Assembly (NCBI GenBank): GCA_964016885.1 | Contig: OZ024740.1 | Span: 340,442,001-340,506,000, forward strand | Source: Eledone cirrhosa | Taxonomy: Eukaryota | Direction: 5' to 3' | Length of the DNA: 64,000 bases | Made by a program: the position numbers and the translations under genes | Shown here: piece after piece, positions 22,301-37,300 of the stretch | Numbering within the stretch: the first letter of the stretch is position 1 | Layout: each line of letters starts with the position of its first letter | Notes under the pieces: generated by a model | What the model was told of the DNA's origin: nothing | The model's database searches: none | The model's input: only the letters and a program-made list of their open reading frames with translations

Positions 22301-25300
22301 TGTTGCAGACTGTATGATGCGTGTATACGAACAGCAATGTTACATGGTAGTGAGACCTGGGCACTGACTGTGGAAGACTTGCGTAGATTAGAAATAAACG
22401 AAGCCTGCATGCTCCGATGGATGTGTAATAGTAATATACGCGAACAGTAAAGCATAAATGAATTGAGAGAGAGACTGAGCATAAGAGGAATCAAATGCTG
22501 TGTGCAGGAGAGGAGGTTGTGTTGGTATGAACATGTGATGCGTATGAAGGATGACAGCTGCATAAAAAGGTGCAGAACACTAGAAGTCGATGGAAACCGC
22601 GGAGTGGGAGACCCAAGAAGACCTGGGATGAGGTGATAAAAGCCGACCATACCCAATTACACCTCTCAAAGGCGATGACACACGACCGTGACCTCTGGCG
22701 TCACGCAGTAATACAGAAGACCCCACCCCCCCAGTACAAGCCGAAGCTGAAGCATATAGACAATATGCCTCCACACCCTCCCACTGCAAAGTGGTCGTGG
22801 AGGTGCCATGGCAAAAAAGCACCCAGCCGACACTGTAAAGTGGACGTATAGGCACCACGGAAAAACGCACCCAGCACTCACTGTAAATGAGGTTGGTGTT
22901 AGGAAGGGCAGCCAGCTGTAGAAATGAAGCCAGAATCAGTTCCCATATGAGCAAGGCATGGTCAGCCAACCGGATAACCTGTTTAACCCATGCTAGCATG
23001 GAAGAACAGACGTAAAACGGTGATGATGATATATATATGAGTGTGTGTGTCTATGACCAGTATATATAGATCACAGACACCCACATATATATATGTATAC
23101 AAACACACACATTTATATATATACATACACACACATATATATATGGGCCTTCCAGTTTCATTTCACATTATATACATGTCTGTGTATATTTTAACTATTC
23201 AAAACCTGTTTTCAAGTGAACATGATTTAAAAAAAATATTTTGAAGTGAACATGACCCAATGGGTCACGGGTGGTCTAGTATATTAGAAGGTTTATAAAA
23301 ACTGTGCAAAATATAACAGAAATATTGTGATATAATAGACAGTATATAGAAATGAGATGATATATAATAGTATACAGAAATAGAAGGCTGAAATAATAGC
23401 ATGGTATACTGTAGAATTTGAATTGAAGACAAATATTCTAAAATAGGATTACCTTTGAGAAAACGTTGGGCACCATCCAAACACTCTGGTGACAATTCAT
23501 TGTCACCAAATGACCCCAAAAGTTCACTAACAAGTATATCTGCTTTCTCTGGAGCTTCCCATTCTCTCATATCTTGAAATACAACTTCTACTTGCTCTCC
23601 CCACATTTCATCTTTGTAATTTTCTAACCTGGAAAAATATAGGCTTATCATGAATTTGAATAGGAATCCATCAATTTTTATTGAAACACTTAAATATATT
23701 TAAAGTAGCAAATTTGTAGAGTCATTAGATTGAATGCATTTGTTGAAGCTCTCAGTACTCTGAGTTAAAATCCCACCGAAGTCAACTTGGGCAGTCAACT
23801 TTTCAGTGTTGATAAACAAACTACCAGTTCAGGGTTTGACAAAACTGTTAAGAGCATTGAATGAGAAGATTTCATCATCAAAATTATACGTGTTTTCTGT
23901 GTGATATCTATTCTGTATCTTTGTTAGTATCTACTGTCTTAGTGGTATCTACACTCTGTCTTTGTGATATCTACTCTGTGCCTGTACTATCCATTGTCTA
24001 TTTGTGATATCTATTCTGTCACTTTGTTAGTATCTACTGTCTGTTTGTGATATCTATTCTGGCTCATTGCATTCTAAGTTCAAATTTCACACCCAGTGCA
24101 AATATGGAAAACAATGGTGACCTACACATTTACCCTATCACCTACACACTCAAATTGCAGCGAGAGAAACTCTGCTGAGAAGAAGAAAATATACTTACGT
24201 GACAATAGCATTAGGGTTTTTCTCCACAGCATACACTTTGATGTTTCTATCTGCCTTTTTACTTGCTGTTATTGCTGCTCTGACAAGTGGACCTCGTCCA
24301 GCACCGACCACCATTATCACACTGTAACAACAACATACATATATATTTCTAAAGCTAAACTGATTAAAGCTGTTAGAAAAATGATTTTTAACCCTTTTGA
24401 TACTACATTACCCTTAGTCTTATGATAGAGGTGTCTATGTCATCATCATCATTTAACATCTATTTAAATGATGATGAGGATCATAATATATATATTTAAA
24501 AACATTCCATTATAATTTTATGTAAGAACCTTTTGTTCTGCTCCAAACACCAGCTTAATAATGAGAAAGTTAGTTACATTACTAAATTTCTGAAGGTTCT
24601 TGATTATTTTCAAAATTATTTTAAAATCATAGGCAATGTTTTTCAAAAGAAATAAGGTAAATGAAAGGGTTTAAATATAATATATAAATTTTGAACACTG
24701 AGAATGTTTATTTTGCTGAAACTGCAGTTCTTTTGTGTACTTACACTGTTTTCAGGTCTTTTTCCTCTTCCTTTACTCGATCTAGCAGTGCAAAATAGAT
24801 GGCCTATGAAGAGAAAATAGCACAGCTAGCACAAGTTTTCTCTAGAATGTATGAGATATATTTTAGACATGTATTCAAAGGTTTCAAATCTTATAACATA
24901 AAATTTCATGCTTACTCTTAGATATTTGTAATAGCATCATTTAACCCTTTTAATACTAAGACACGTAAAATTGCTTCTGGTTTTACAATACAAATCTGTT
25001 TTTTTTTTAAGTGTTTATATTCATCTAAAAACCTTCCATCATAATTTTATGTAAAAATTCTCGTTAAGTTAATCTTCGAAAAGGAAAGGAACTGATTGTC
25101 AGATTGGACCAAGGAAACAATGTTTCCATTGGTTTTTCCATTTATGATACTACCTGTCAGAAGGAAGTAGAATTTTAACCCAGAACACAGATCAGATAAA
25201 CTTCAAAACTGACTCCTAAACAATTATGCTAATCTACCACTTCTGGGTTAGTACTTTTATGTATTGACACTGAAAGGATGAAATATAAAGTTGACTTTTG

Positions 25301-28300
25301 TAGGATTTGAACCTGGAGTGCAGAAAGCCTGAACAAATAGAGATACATTTAATCCAATGCTATAAATATATATATTTTTTGACATGTATATCAACAGATT
25401 AAGGTTTATAAAATAAAATTTGATGCTTTCTCTCAGACATTCTGAATGGCATTGTTTAAGATGATCCAAGATCAACAAATAACAACACTGTTTCCATAAC
25501 CACCCAAATGAAAATTAGTAACAAAGTCCGGCTACTTACTAAGTTGCTTATGCTACATATTAAGATATAGTTATAAGAAACATATCTTACCTCTTTATAC
25601 TGGGTATATTTGACTGGGTCTTTTTCAAACACCTCGTAAGTCAGTGACTCCAGGTTGTCCATTAATGGCTGAAAACCAGATTAAACATTGATTTCAAAGA
25701 AGAAAGTGGTTGGTTGTTTGAGGTGGCTAAAAACTCTCATTTGCTAGACCTTCTTGTTGATGAGAAAACTGTATTTTTACCTTAATGACTGGAATAGAAT
25801 TAACAGATATTGTGGCTGAGAGTTGTATTTATGGCTCAAATGGTATTGTGGCTTAGTCTTGAGTGGGGTCAACACTGCTAACACTTTTTACATTAGCAGA
25901 AAGCTACAAAATTGTTGGTGAGGAATCTAAGTTGATGTTTACATCAGCTTCAGTACACGACTGGTACTTATTGACTGTTGAGAAGTTAAAGGCAAAGGTG
26001 TCTTTAATAAGATTTAAACTCAGAATATAAATATTATAAGTATTCTACTATCATTACAACTACTAATTCTAAGTAGTGAATCACTGCACAAAACCAGAGT
26101 CTCACAATTTGATCCTATTCCCATTGCGTCATCAAGGATGGAGCAGACACGCAATACAGGATCTGTGGAAAGTATAAAGCAACCATAGATTATATTGTTT
26201 CTGGATGCCTGTAACTAGCAATGACTGAGTACACCCACTGGCAGAAGGTAGTGGTGCATCTGCATTAGAAAATATGCAGGAGTTACAAGATTAAAATGGA
26301 CGATAAATGATAAAATCATCAGCTAAACATAGTTACTAACATTAATGATATCCCTGACAATATTTCCATCTAGAGAGAGAAAAATTAAAGTCAACAATCC
26401 TGACATTGTTATCAAAGATAAGAAACATAATGTAATTTACAGTTCACACTTAGACAAGTTTAACTAGTCTCCCACAAGATTGAATTTCGCAGGAGGTTTT
26501 TTGGGTGTTTTAATAATAGGGGCCCTAGTCCTATCATTAAAAGTAACATGAAATAAGGTGTTAGGCTCATTACGTGACACCTTGTCAAGGAAACAGAGAT
26601 TAGCCACTAGGACATATGCCTTCACATTCTGGAGAAGAGGAAGGATTATACTTACTTGAAGTGGGCATTGCAAATAATCTTCATATCCTTTAGCAAACTG
26701 GCTGAGAGCATCAGGTGTGGGGCGGTTCTGAAAGAAAAATAGCACATTCACATTTTCTAAATACAAATTCCACATTATCTATCATTAGTTTATTATGAAA
26801 AATATTTAAAAATTATACTTAGAAGAACGTATTTGGATATTACTGGAATTTGTTTGTTCAACAGGTATGACTGTGGTCAAGAAGTTTTCTTCACAACCAT
26901 GTGGTTGTGGGTTCTATACCACTGCATGACAGCTTGGGCCAACCAATGCCCAGTGAGTCAATTTGGTTGACAGAAACTGGAAGCCTGTCATATATATCTG
27001 TGTGTTTGTCTGAGAGAGGGTTGTATTAACAAGTTTCCTTAGAAATTGCTTTCTTTTGTTCATTTGAGTAAATTTGATACTCTTAGACTTATCTTTGTCT
27101 CTCCTGAATTCTATCATTCTAAGTGATATATACACACATATATATATAATCAACTCACCTGCCACAGATGATCCAGATATTGGACATATGATGTAATTCC
27201 TTTGTCTGTATGACGATTTGCACCGGTCAATATTAATTGGACATCCAACTGGAAATAGAAAACAAAGACATTAATAATTTTAGAGATGACAGACACTAGG
27301 TATGTGGTGTGTATATACAACTAGGAGACATTCCTCTGTAGATACCAAAAGGGAAAGGAAAGGAGCTGATTGTTAGGTCAGTCTAAGGAAACTATGTTTC
27401 CAATGCTCTTTCCATTGCTGATACTGTCTACAGTTGGTAACTCCTGTCAGAAGGAGGTGGGATTAGAACTCAGAATGCTCAGATACTGCAAAGTATCCCA
27501 TCAGCCTTTGGACTGGTACATTGTTTATCAACCCTGAAAGAACAAAAGGTAGGATTTGAACATAGATCACAGAGAGTTGAAACAAACACTCTAATGATTT
27601 GGCCAATTCACAACCTATTGCAGATACTAGGTGATTTATAGGCACAACAAACTGGGTAACATTTGCTGCCGACACTATGTAAGTGATATGTACATATTAG
27701 GTGACATTATATGAACCCATATACAATATGTTTATGTATAATAAACATAAATTTGGTTTTGCTCTGAGTATCTTAAGCTATGATCATATCACAGCTGCCT
27801 TGATATCGGTGTAAGAGTGCTGTATACATATATTTCAGAGTTATTACTTATCATCAGTAGTTGCTACTTACACCAAAACACCAAGGTATGAAAGACTTTG
27901 TAAACAAACTATTTTTGTTGAAAGCTTATTTATATAGAGAGTGCAAACTGGACTGGCTAGTATTAATCAGAGATAGCACTAACACATGATTTAGAATAAA
28001 GGTGTATATGGACGCTTATACAATACGTTTATGTATAATAATAAACATACATTTATACTAATTGTGAATATTTGAAGCTATCATCATATCTCAGCTAGGT
28101 TGGTATCGGTGTAAGAGTTCTGTATACATGTATTTCAGAGTTATTACTTTATTGATATAAAGAGGCATGTGGCCTAGCGGTAAGTATGTTGGACTTATGA
28201 TCATAATGTCGTGGGTCCAAGGGTTCAATTCATGGACTGGGTTGTGTGGTGTGTTCTTCAGCAAAACACTTCATTTCATGTTGTTCCAGTATACTCAGCG

Positions 28301-31300
28301 GAAAATGAGTACCAGCCATAGCTGGGAGTTTAATCCTGTGATGGACTGGCGTCCTGTCCAAGGGAGAGTCTTGTACTCTCAGTCACTTAATGCCATGGAA
28401 ACCGGGATGGCAGTGACCAGCTAACAGTGTCATAAAAACGTTGACGTGTGTTTTTAAATAAATAAAAAATAAACAAATATATAAAAACAAAGGTGGTAAG
28501 TACCTTGAATAGTTTACGAAGGTAAGACTGGTGAGCACGAGATAAAACTGGATATCCCTTTTTATTAGTTAAAAATAAACTAGTTGACAAAGAAATAGCT
28601 TTGATAGGCTCAGATAACCATCGTTCTAATACATCTTCCTCTGGTAGGTCAGCAGTTAATTCTAAGACAATGCCCAGCTTTTTGTTTGGTTCACATAATG
28701 TCCGGAATGTGTGCCACCTTTGAAAAGAAGACAAGAATAGGAAAATGATATTTCAAGAAGTATTTGATTATTATCAACCAACTCATTAATCATCCTCATT
28801 AAACAACTCTCGTCCACCACTATCTCCATGCCCTGCTCCTCCACCTTTCATGATCATTAAACATTTCCTTCCACCATCATACACTCCCTTGACCATAATT
28901 ATCTCCATGTATAATCACTATCCCTTTCAACCATCATCACCAATATTTCTCTGCACTGAAGTATTCCCTTCCACCATGAATATTATCAAAACTATTGATC
29001 ATGTGTTTTGGATATAAAATAGATCCTTTTCTTCTTCACCCATTTATTCCTGAGAGGGTCGTGGGGGCAGAGTCCTCAAACACTTCTTCCAGTAGGTACT
29101 GTCAGAAGCAACCGAATCCAACTGATCTGACTGTATCCCCAAGCATGACCAGCTAAGCTCATGGATGTTATTCAACCATCTTGGCAGTGGTGGTGGTGCA
29201 GAGAAATATTTGTAATATAAAATAGAAGATGATGTTAATATGTAGCATTTATTTGAGAAAGCTATTGAGGAATAAATGTGGTGAAATGTCAACACATGTC
29301 TGATGAGAAGTACTGAACCAGTTTGAGTCTCTTTGAAACTAATAGTCACGTAATTTGACAGGGTTTTTATAACAGTAATATATATATATGTATTGCCTCA
29401 GTCCACCATGTAAAGAAATAGTGTTGGTACCATGAGAAAAGCTCCTAGTACATGCTGTAATAAGGTTGATGTTAGGAAGAGCATTCAGCCATAGAAAAAC
29501 CAAGCCCAAACAGTTCTGTATGAGTAAGACATGGCCACCTGGCCCAGTTAGCATCTTAATATTACAACTCATCTAACCCATACAAACATGGAAAATAGAT
29601 GTTAAATGGTGATGATAATTAGTTATATATTCACATCTGACATCACTAGTGCAGTTGGTTAAACAGAGATCCTGTTGCTCAAAGGTTAGACTTGAGAAAA
29701 TCTGTACAAACTGATGATGATGACACTGAACATAGGCAAAAAAATGTTCACTTACCAGTACCAGGTATTGAAATCATGGTGATCTCTGTCAAGTTCATCT
29801 ATTCCTTCTATAAGGTTTTCTGTTTGGAATTCAGGAGCAATGAGGGGTACTTGGATCCAATATTGCTGAAAGAGGCAAAACAAAAACCACAGTTATGTTA
29901 CTATTGTCAGAAATATATTACCAAAAAACTGTTATTATTAATATTATTATTTCACAGTAAGAAATAGGATGGTGTGATGTTCATACCTTTCCCAAGAACA
30001 CTAGTAATGTAAGAAAGAGAGATTACTTAAAACTAGGAATTTAAATTGTGCAGTGGATCTTGCTCTCTAGCTACTTGAGCCATACTTCAGTGAGTTTATC
30101 ATTATCATTCAAAAAGAGGTTGAGAGAAATCTTCAGTTGTGTTAAAAGCACCTCTTGAGTGTTGGTGACACAATAAAACACATCCAATACATTCTGTAAA
30201 GTGGTTGGTGATAGTAAAGGAATCCCAAAGTAGGTCATCACATCTTTGACACAACTGCTCTTCCTATCATCAACCACCTTACAGAGTATACTAGGTGTGT
30301 TTTATTGTGTCACCAATACTAGAGCGGATGCTGTCTTTGACACACTGAAGAGTTCTATCAACCATTTTGGCATGGTTTCTTTAACTGGATGCCCTTCCTA
30401 ACACCAACCATCTTGCAGGATGTACTGGGTGTGTTTTATCATGGCACCAGTACTAAGGAGGTTGTTAATTATTGATTCAATTGAAGTGCCTTCTCTACCC
30501 TATAGGGAGGGATAAAAATAAGTATGATGTCATTGATAAGTGACAGTAGGTAGGAGTTGACAATAGTATAGTGTCATAAGTGTGTTTTTTGTGGCACTAG
30601 AAAGGTTGTCACTTGTTTGTCTAGAATGAAAAGTCCTCTCAAACCCTATATTGTTGCTGTATGGTGACCAACATTGTAGCCTCTAGTCTCTCTATATTAC
30701 GTTTATTGGTGGATGAGTATTTTGTTTTATGACAAATCAGTCTGTTCAGTCTTCTGTTATCTACTTTGTGAGGTTCAGATTCTTGAGATCATTCTTCACA
30801 ACTTCATCCCACATCTCTTTCATAAGTTCTATCTACTTTCAGTGTGCGGCACTTCTTGTTCCCTTTACACACATCACGTGACCACACCAGCGCAAATGAC
30901 TCTCTTGCATGCTACATTTAATTCCTCTTATTCTCATCTTATACATGATCTGTTGTTTGGATACACTAACATTAAACATCCAGTGTAGCATGCATGCATC
31001 ACTTCTTTTTACCCTTTGCAGACCTCTTGCATTCAGGTCTTAGAACTTCCACGCTAGTTATTCTACAGTTTTGTTATGAGAGTTAGATCATCAGCATATA
31101 GGAGTTCCTATGGACATCCAATCTTCAATTTCTGTTATGGCCTGTAGGACTATAAGGAACAAAAGGGGCTAAGAACAGGACCCTGGAGGATGTCTACCCA
31201 CAAACTAAATTCATCATTATGCTCATTGTTAATCCTCACTTTGATGGCTGCACCCCTGTACATGGCTTGTATAGTAATAAAAAGGTTATCACATGAAATT

Positions 31301-34300
31301 ATAATGGAAGATTTTAGATAAATACTTTAAATCAAACAGCTTTGTATTATAAAACCAGGGATGGTTCAAGAAGTTTGGTATTGAAAGGGCCAGAGAAACC
31401 GTTCCATAGTTGAACTGGAGCCATTTTGGTTACTTACTTGCTGCCAATAAGAATGGATCATATGTGTATTGAGAATGCGGGTCATATTAGTTACTCTACA
31501 GTTCTGGAGCTCTATAATCATCACAGGTACACTCAGATATGTTGCCCATGTGAGTTCTTGTTTAAATGCCTGGAAAATAAAAAAAGACTAGATTTCACAA
31601 ATCTTTCTCGAGCTGAAATTTTATGATGTTGTGCTTAACAAATCAATAAACAATAATAGTGTGGTTATCATTGAATAACTTATGTTGAAATAGACAAACA
31701 ACTGGTGCAGGGGAAGGTGATGAAATTTCAGACAGAAAGATGTGCTGCATGAGTATAGTGTGCTGGTTGAAGACATGTGGTAGTTTAACCCTTTAGCATA
31801 TACATTACTCCATATTTACTATTGTATTTTCACAGTAAACACATTATTTCACATAATATCAAATCTATGGGATTTTGAAATTATGTATTTTGGGAACAAT
31901 GCCTTAACGTCAGTATGAGGGGCTGATTATGGCTGGTTTGAACATGTTGTATAGCAGATGTGAATTGGTTGAGTCGTTAGAAGATCAGATAGAATGCTTT
32001 GCAGTATTTGTTTCGGCTCTCTGCTTTCTGAATTCAAATTCTGCTGAAGTCAACTATGCCTTTCATCTTTTTGAGGTCAATAAAAAAAGTACCAGTCCAG
32101 TATTGGGGGACAATTCTTCCTCTATATCTCTTTCTCACTTCCTCATTTGCTCTCCTTCTATGGAAGAAAGCAGCTGCATTTAGACCTCTTTTCAAACTCA
32201 AGCAGATCAATGTCTTGCTGATAGTACTTCAAACAATGAGAAAATGCCTGCCAGTGATGGTCAATGCAGCTCTGTCCTCTGACACGGAGGACAGAATTGC
32301 AGAGTGATATGGAGAAGGAAATGTGATATAAACTATGAAAAGGAGAAGAAAGTGATTAAAGATAAAAACACGGGAGAGGAGAGAATGACAGAGAATTGCA
32401 AGTTTGATGAATGGTTGGAAAAATTATTTAGAGTAGAATCTGGGAGGTGAGACTGAAGAAGTTTGAGTGAACAAGAACACACACATAAATGATCGAGTAT
32501 GTATGGTGGGTTGGATATACCACTTCCTAGTCAATATGAATATCAGTGTTGTAAACAAATAAACATTGAGGGTTGGTGATAGGAAGGGCATCCAACTACA
32601 GGAAACCTGCCAAACAAAGTATTGGGAAGACTCTTCAGCTATGCCAAAGACATGACAACTTCTCTAGTGTTGGTGATCTGCATGATAAAAACATTCAATA
32701 CACTCTATAAAGTGGTTGGTGATAAGAACATCCAGTTATAGAAAACCTGGGAAGATTCTTCAGCTATGTCAAAGACACCTTCCCTAGAGTTGGTGCCATT
32801 ATAAAATGTACTTGGTAGTGTATTGTATGTCATGTCTCAGGCCCACCTAGAAATCAGGGGCTCCACTTGAGTGCTGACATGTCTGACTGTTGCTAGCAGG
32901 GAAAACAGACGTACAATGATAATGATAATATTACATGCAAAAATATAATTTGAGTCTTTAGCAGTTCTCACTAACCTGTTCTGAATTTCTCCGAATTTCT
33001 TCATTAAGAGAATCAGTCTGTAGCCAGGGAGAAATCTTTAAGCCAATAAACATACTCCAATCTACAATAAAAGCAGGAAAGAATGATTGGATAAAAATAC
33101 TGAAGGACATCTGCTTCATGAAAAAATGAATAGTAAAGGAATTAAATATTGAAAACAAAGCCACCCATGGAAGAATCCAATAATTATAGTCGCTCAAGCT
33201 GTGGTAGAGGTGGCATAGATAGAATAGATAATTTAAGGTATATAAACCAGTACCATACCATTCTGAGATCAATTCCTGCTGTCATCATCACTGAGCTTCA
33301 TAAAATTAAGTACCAGTAATATACTAGAGTCAATTTAAACAACTATATCTCCTCCTCTTACAAAACTTCACCTTGTACCTAAGATATCATCACAGTTAAC
33401 CATTTAGTATTTACATTACTCTATACATACTATTATATTTTCACGGTAAAGGCTTTACCTCACATAATTATCTCACATGATATCAAATATATGAGATTTT
33501 GATATTATTTATTGAGAACAATACCTTAACGTCTGTATGAACGGCTGGTTATGGCCGGTTTGAACAGAAAGAGGTGAGAGAATTCTGGCCAGATACAGCT
33601 GGTTTAAATGAACCATCATGCAATAAAGGAGATAATGTCAGGCTATCAAATTATTATTTAAATAAATGATGATGATGATGAAATACCATGATTTGATATA
33701 TGTGATTGGAGATAAAAGAGGGTAAGAGAAGGAGATAACTTTTCTAGATAATCAATATCTTAGAGAGTGTTTGGCAATTATACAGTAAATTAACTCTTTT
33801 AGCGATATGGATTTTTTAACAAAAACACTACAGGTTAATTGTTAGAAATAATAGAAAGTGTATTACACTTTTAGGCTGATATATCACCTGTGAAGTGTTT
33901 TTGATTACATTGAAGAGAACATAAACTCATTAATTGAAGAAAAAAAATTGATAAAAAGAGTATAAATTATAATATAAAAGAATTGCTTTTCTTACCATGG
34001 CTACTAAGTACAAGGTCAGATCTTGTGAGAGGGCCAGTTCGCTTTTTACTGGGTCCACGAACAAATTCACGTTTGTAGCGAGGATTCACAACAGGGATGC
34101 ACAAAAAATCAAAACTGGAAGATAGAAATATGTAAATATGAGGAGAGAAGATTCTCATTTGTATTTGAAAATAAATTATGAAATTATATATGTGAGAATG
34201 GGATGGAAAAAGTTCAGGGAGTTACTACTTCTACTAGCTACAAAAGGTTTTTTCCTCAAAATGAAGGGCAGATTATATGAAGCGTGTATACAAGCAGCAA

Positions 34301-37300
34301 TGTTGCATGGTAGTGAGACTGAGGCACTGTGTGTAGAGGATCTGCGAAGATTGGAAAGAAATGAAGCTGGTATGCTTCGATGTATGTGTAATAGTAATAT
34401 ACATGAACAGTAAAGCATAAATAAACTGAAAGAGAAACTAGGCATAAGAGGGATGAGATGCAGTGGAGAGGAGATTGCAGTGGTATGGACATGTGATGCA
34501 TATGAAAGATGACAGCTGTATAAAAAGTGCAGAGTGCTCAAAGTTGATGGTAGATATGGTGTAGGAAGACTTGGGATGAGGTGATAAAGGCTGACCTTGT
34601 ATAATTGCACCTCTCAAAGGTGATGACACAGGAGATCTCTGGTGTTATGCAGTAATACAGAAGATCCACCTTCTCATGTGCACAGGTTAAATCATACATC
34701 TAGTATGCACCACTTACCCCTACATCCCCCACTTCCCACGCCCTAACACCCTACCCATCACCCATATTCCTACCTCCACCCCTAAGCCTCCCACCCTAGA
34801 TCTACCTCTCCAATCCCCACTGCAAAGTGGTCGTTTTGATGCCATGACAAAAAGCGCTCAGTCCACACTATAAAATGGTCATATTGGTGACATGTCATAC
34901 AGCGGCCAGTCTGCATTATAAAGTGGACATGTAGGTGTCGAGACAAAAGTGGCCAGTTTACACTGCAAATGTGGTTGGCATTAGGAAGGGAATCCAATCA
35001 TAGAAACTAAGCCCAAATCAGTTCTGCATTAGCTAGACAGTCATCTGATCTGGCTTGGGACAACTCATCTAACCCATGCTAGTGTGGAAAAATAGATGTT
35101 AAATGATGATGGTGATATATATATATATAGACATAGATTTTATCCTCATCAGAGGACGTGACAGATGGACGGTCGTAAACACAAAAGCCTTCCCTAGTGA
35201 GGAATGTACATCCCAACATAGCTTAGTTGTCAGTGACCTCACGGTCAGAACTAGACGAGCCCTGAAACAGAGGCCAACCTGGAGAAGAAAGATCTGGAAG
35301 CTGAAAGTCCCCTCAACCAGTAACAGATTTAAAGATATTTTACTCAACGCCTACGACAGTAAAGAAGAACAGATAGAGACATTTAACGTAGAAGAGAACT
35401 GGGAGTTCCTAAAAATTAACTTACTAGAGGCGACGGATGAGGTTTGTGGCTGGAGTAAGACCTCAAGCAGGAGGAGAGTGACTTGGTGGTGGAACAATAA
35501 GGTAGATGAAGCAGTCAAGGCCAAGAGACAGGCATGGAAAGAATGGAAGAACGGGGGGAGCAGGGTACATTACATAGAGACCAAGAGGGAAGCTAGGCGA
35601 CAAGTATACTTAGCTAGGAGGGAAGCAGAGGATAGAAAATTCAAGCATGTTTTACAACGTGAGGACCAGAAACAGGAGGTATTCAAGATTGCGAGGCAGT
35701 GTGTCAGAGATAGTTGTGATGTCATTGGAGAGAAGTGTATCCGGAATGATAAAGGTGAGCTTGCCCTCACAAGTGCTGAGAAGAAAGATGCATGGAAGAG
35801 TCATTATGATAGATTACTAAATGAGGAGAATGCATGGGAAGAAGAGACCCTACGCCACGTAGACCCTATAGAGGGACCAGCAGTACAAGTCAGCGGCAGC
35901 GTAGTAAGTAAGGCAATCAGAGATATGAAGATAGGGAAGGCAACCGGTCCATCGGGTATAGCTGCCGAGATACTGAAGGCATCTGGGTCTGTAGGTCACA
36001 CTATAACCACACGTATCGTTAACCAGGTAATACTAGAGGGGGCCATACCAAAAGATTGGTGCAGTAGCATCATTGTCAACTGCTACAAAGGTAAAAGCGA
36101 TGCACTAGATAGAGGAAACTATAGAGGTATAAAGTTGATGGACCAGGTCATGAAAGTAACAGAAAGAGTTATAGCACAGCTGATTAGGGACCGGGTGAAT
36201 ATAGACGAGATGCAATTTGGGTTTGTACCAGGGAAAGGCACCACTGATGCCCTCTTCCTTGTGAGGCAATTACAGGAAAAGTACCTAGCTAAAAGTAAGC
36301 CACTCTACTTGGCATTTGTCGACCTTGAGAAAGCCTTTGACAGAGTTCCACGTGCAGTAATCTGGTGGGCTCTTAGAAAACTAGGAGTAGATGAATGGCT
36401 TGTGAAAGCGGTACAAGCCATGTATAGGGGAGCAGTCAGCAAAGTTAGGATTGGCAATGAGTATAGCGAGGAATTTAGCGTACAGGTTGGGGTCCACCAG
36501 GGCTCTGTTCTTAGCCCTCTCCTGTTCATCATAGTCCTGCAGGCAATAACGGAGGAGTTTAAGACCGGATGCCCATGGGAACTCCTGTATGCTGATGACC
36601 TCGCACTCATAGCTGAATCTATGGTAGAACTAGAGAATAAATTCCAAACCTGGAAGCAGGGACTAGAGAGAAAGGGCCTCAAAGTCAACATGACAAAGAC
36701 TAAGGTCCTTATAAGTAGACGAGAAAACAGAACCCAGATCCCCTCAGGGAAATGGCCTTGCTCAGTATGTAGGAAAGGTGTAGGTAGGAACTCCATTCTC
36801 TGCCCCAAATGCAAACAATGGGTACACAAGAGATGTAGCGGGATCTCAGGAAGCTTAATTAAGAATGTAGGATTCACATGCAGCAGCTGTGCTGAAACAG
36901 CAAGCAAACAGCCACAGGAAACAAGTACCACCAATCTCTGGGAGGGCCCTGTAGAAACAGTAGACAGCTTCTGCTACCTAGGTGACCGAATTAGCAACGG
37001 AGGTGGGTGCTCAGAAAGTACAATAACTAGGGTAAGAACGGGATGGAAGAAGTTTAGGGAACTACTACCACTGCTAGCTGCAAAAGGCTTCTCCCTCAGA
37101 ATGAAAGGCAGACTGTATGATGCGTGTATCCGAACAGCGATGTTGCATGGTAGTGAGACCTGGGCGCTGAAGGTGGAAGACTTACGTAGATTAGAGAGAA
37201 ACGAAGCCTGCATGCTCCGATGGATGTGTAACAGTAATATACGTGAACGACAAAGCATAAAGGAATTGAGAGAGAGACTGAGCATAAGAGGAATCAAATG

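Noticed and set aside
35103-35135. Apparent start MMMVIYIYI of the 815-aa ORF
   Set aside because: It comes from the older element's GAT tail and (TA)n. The LINE is 5'-truncated within the endonuclease and is not a host gene.
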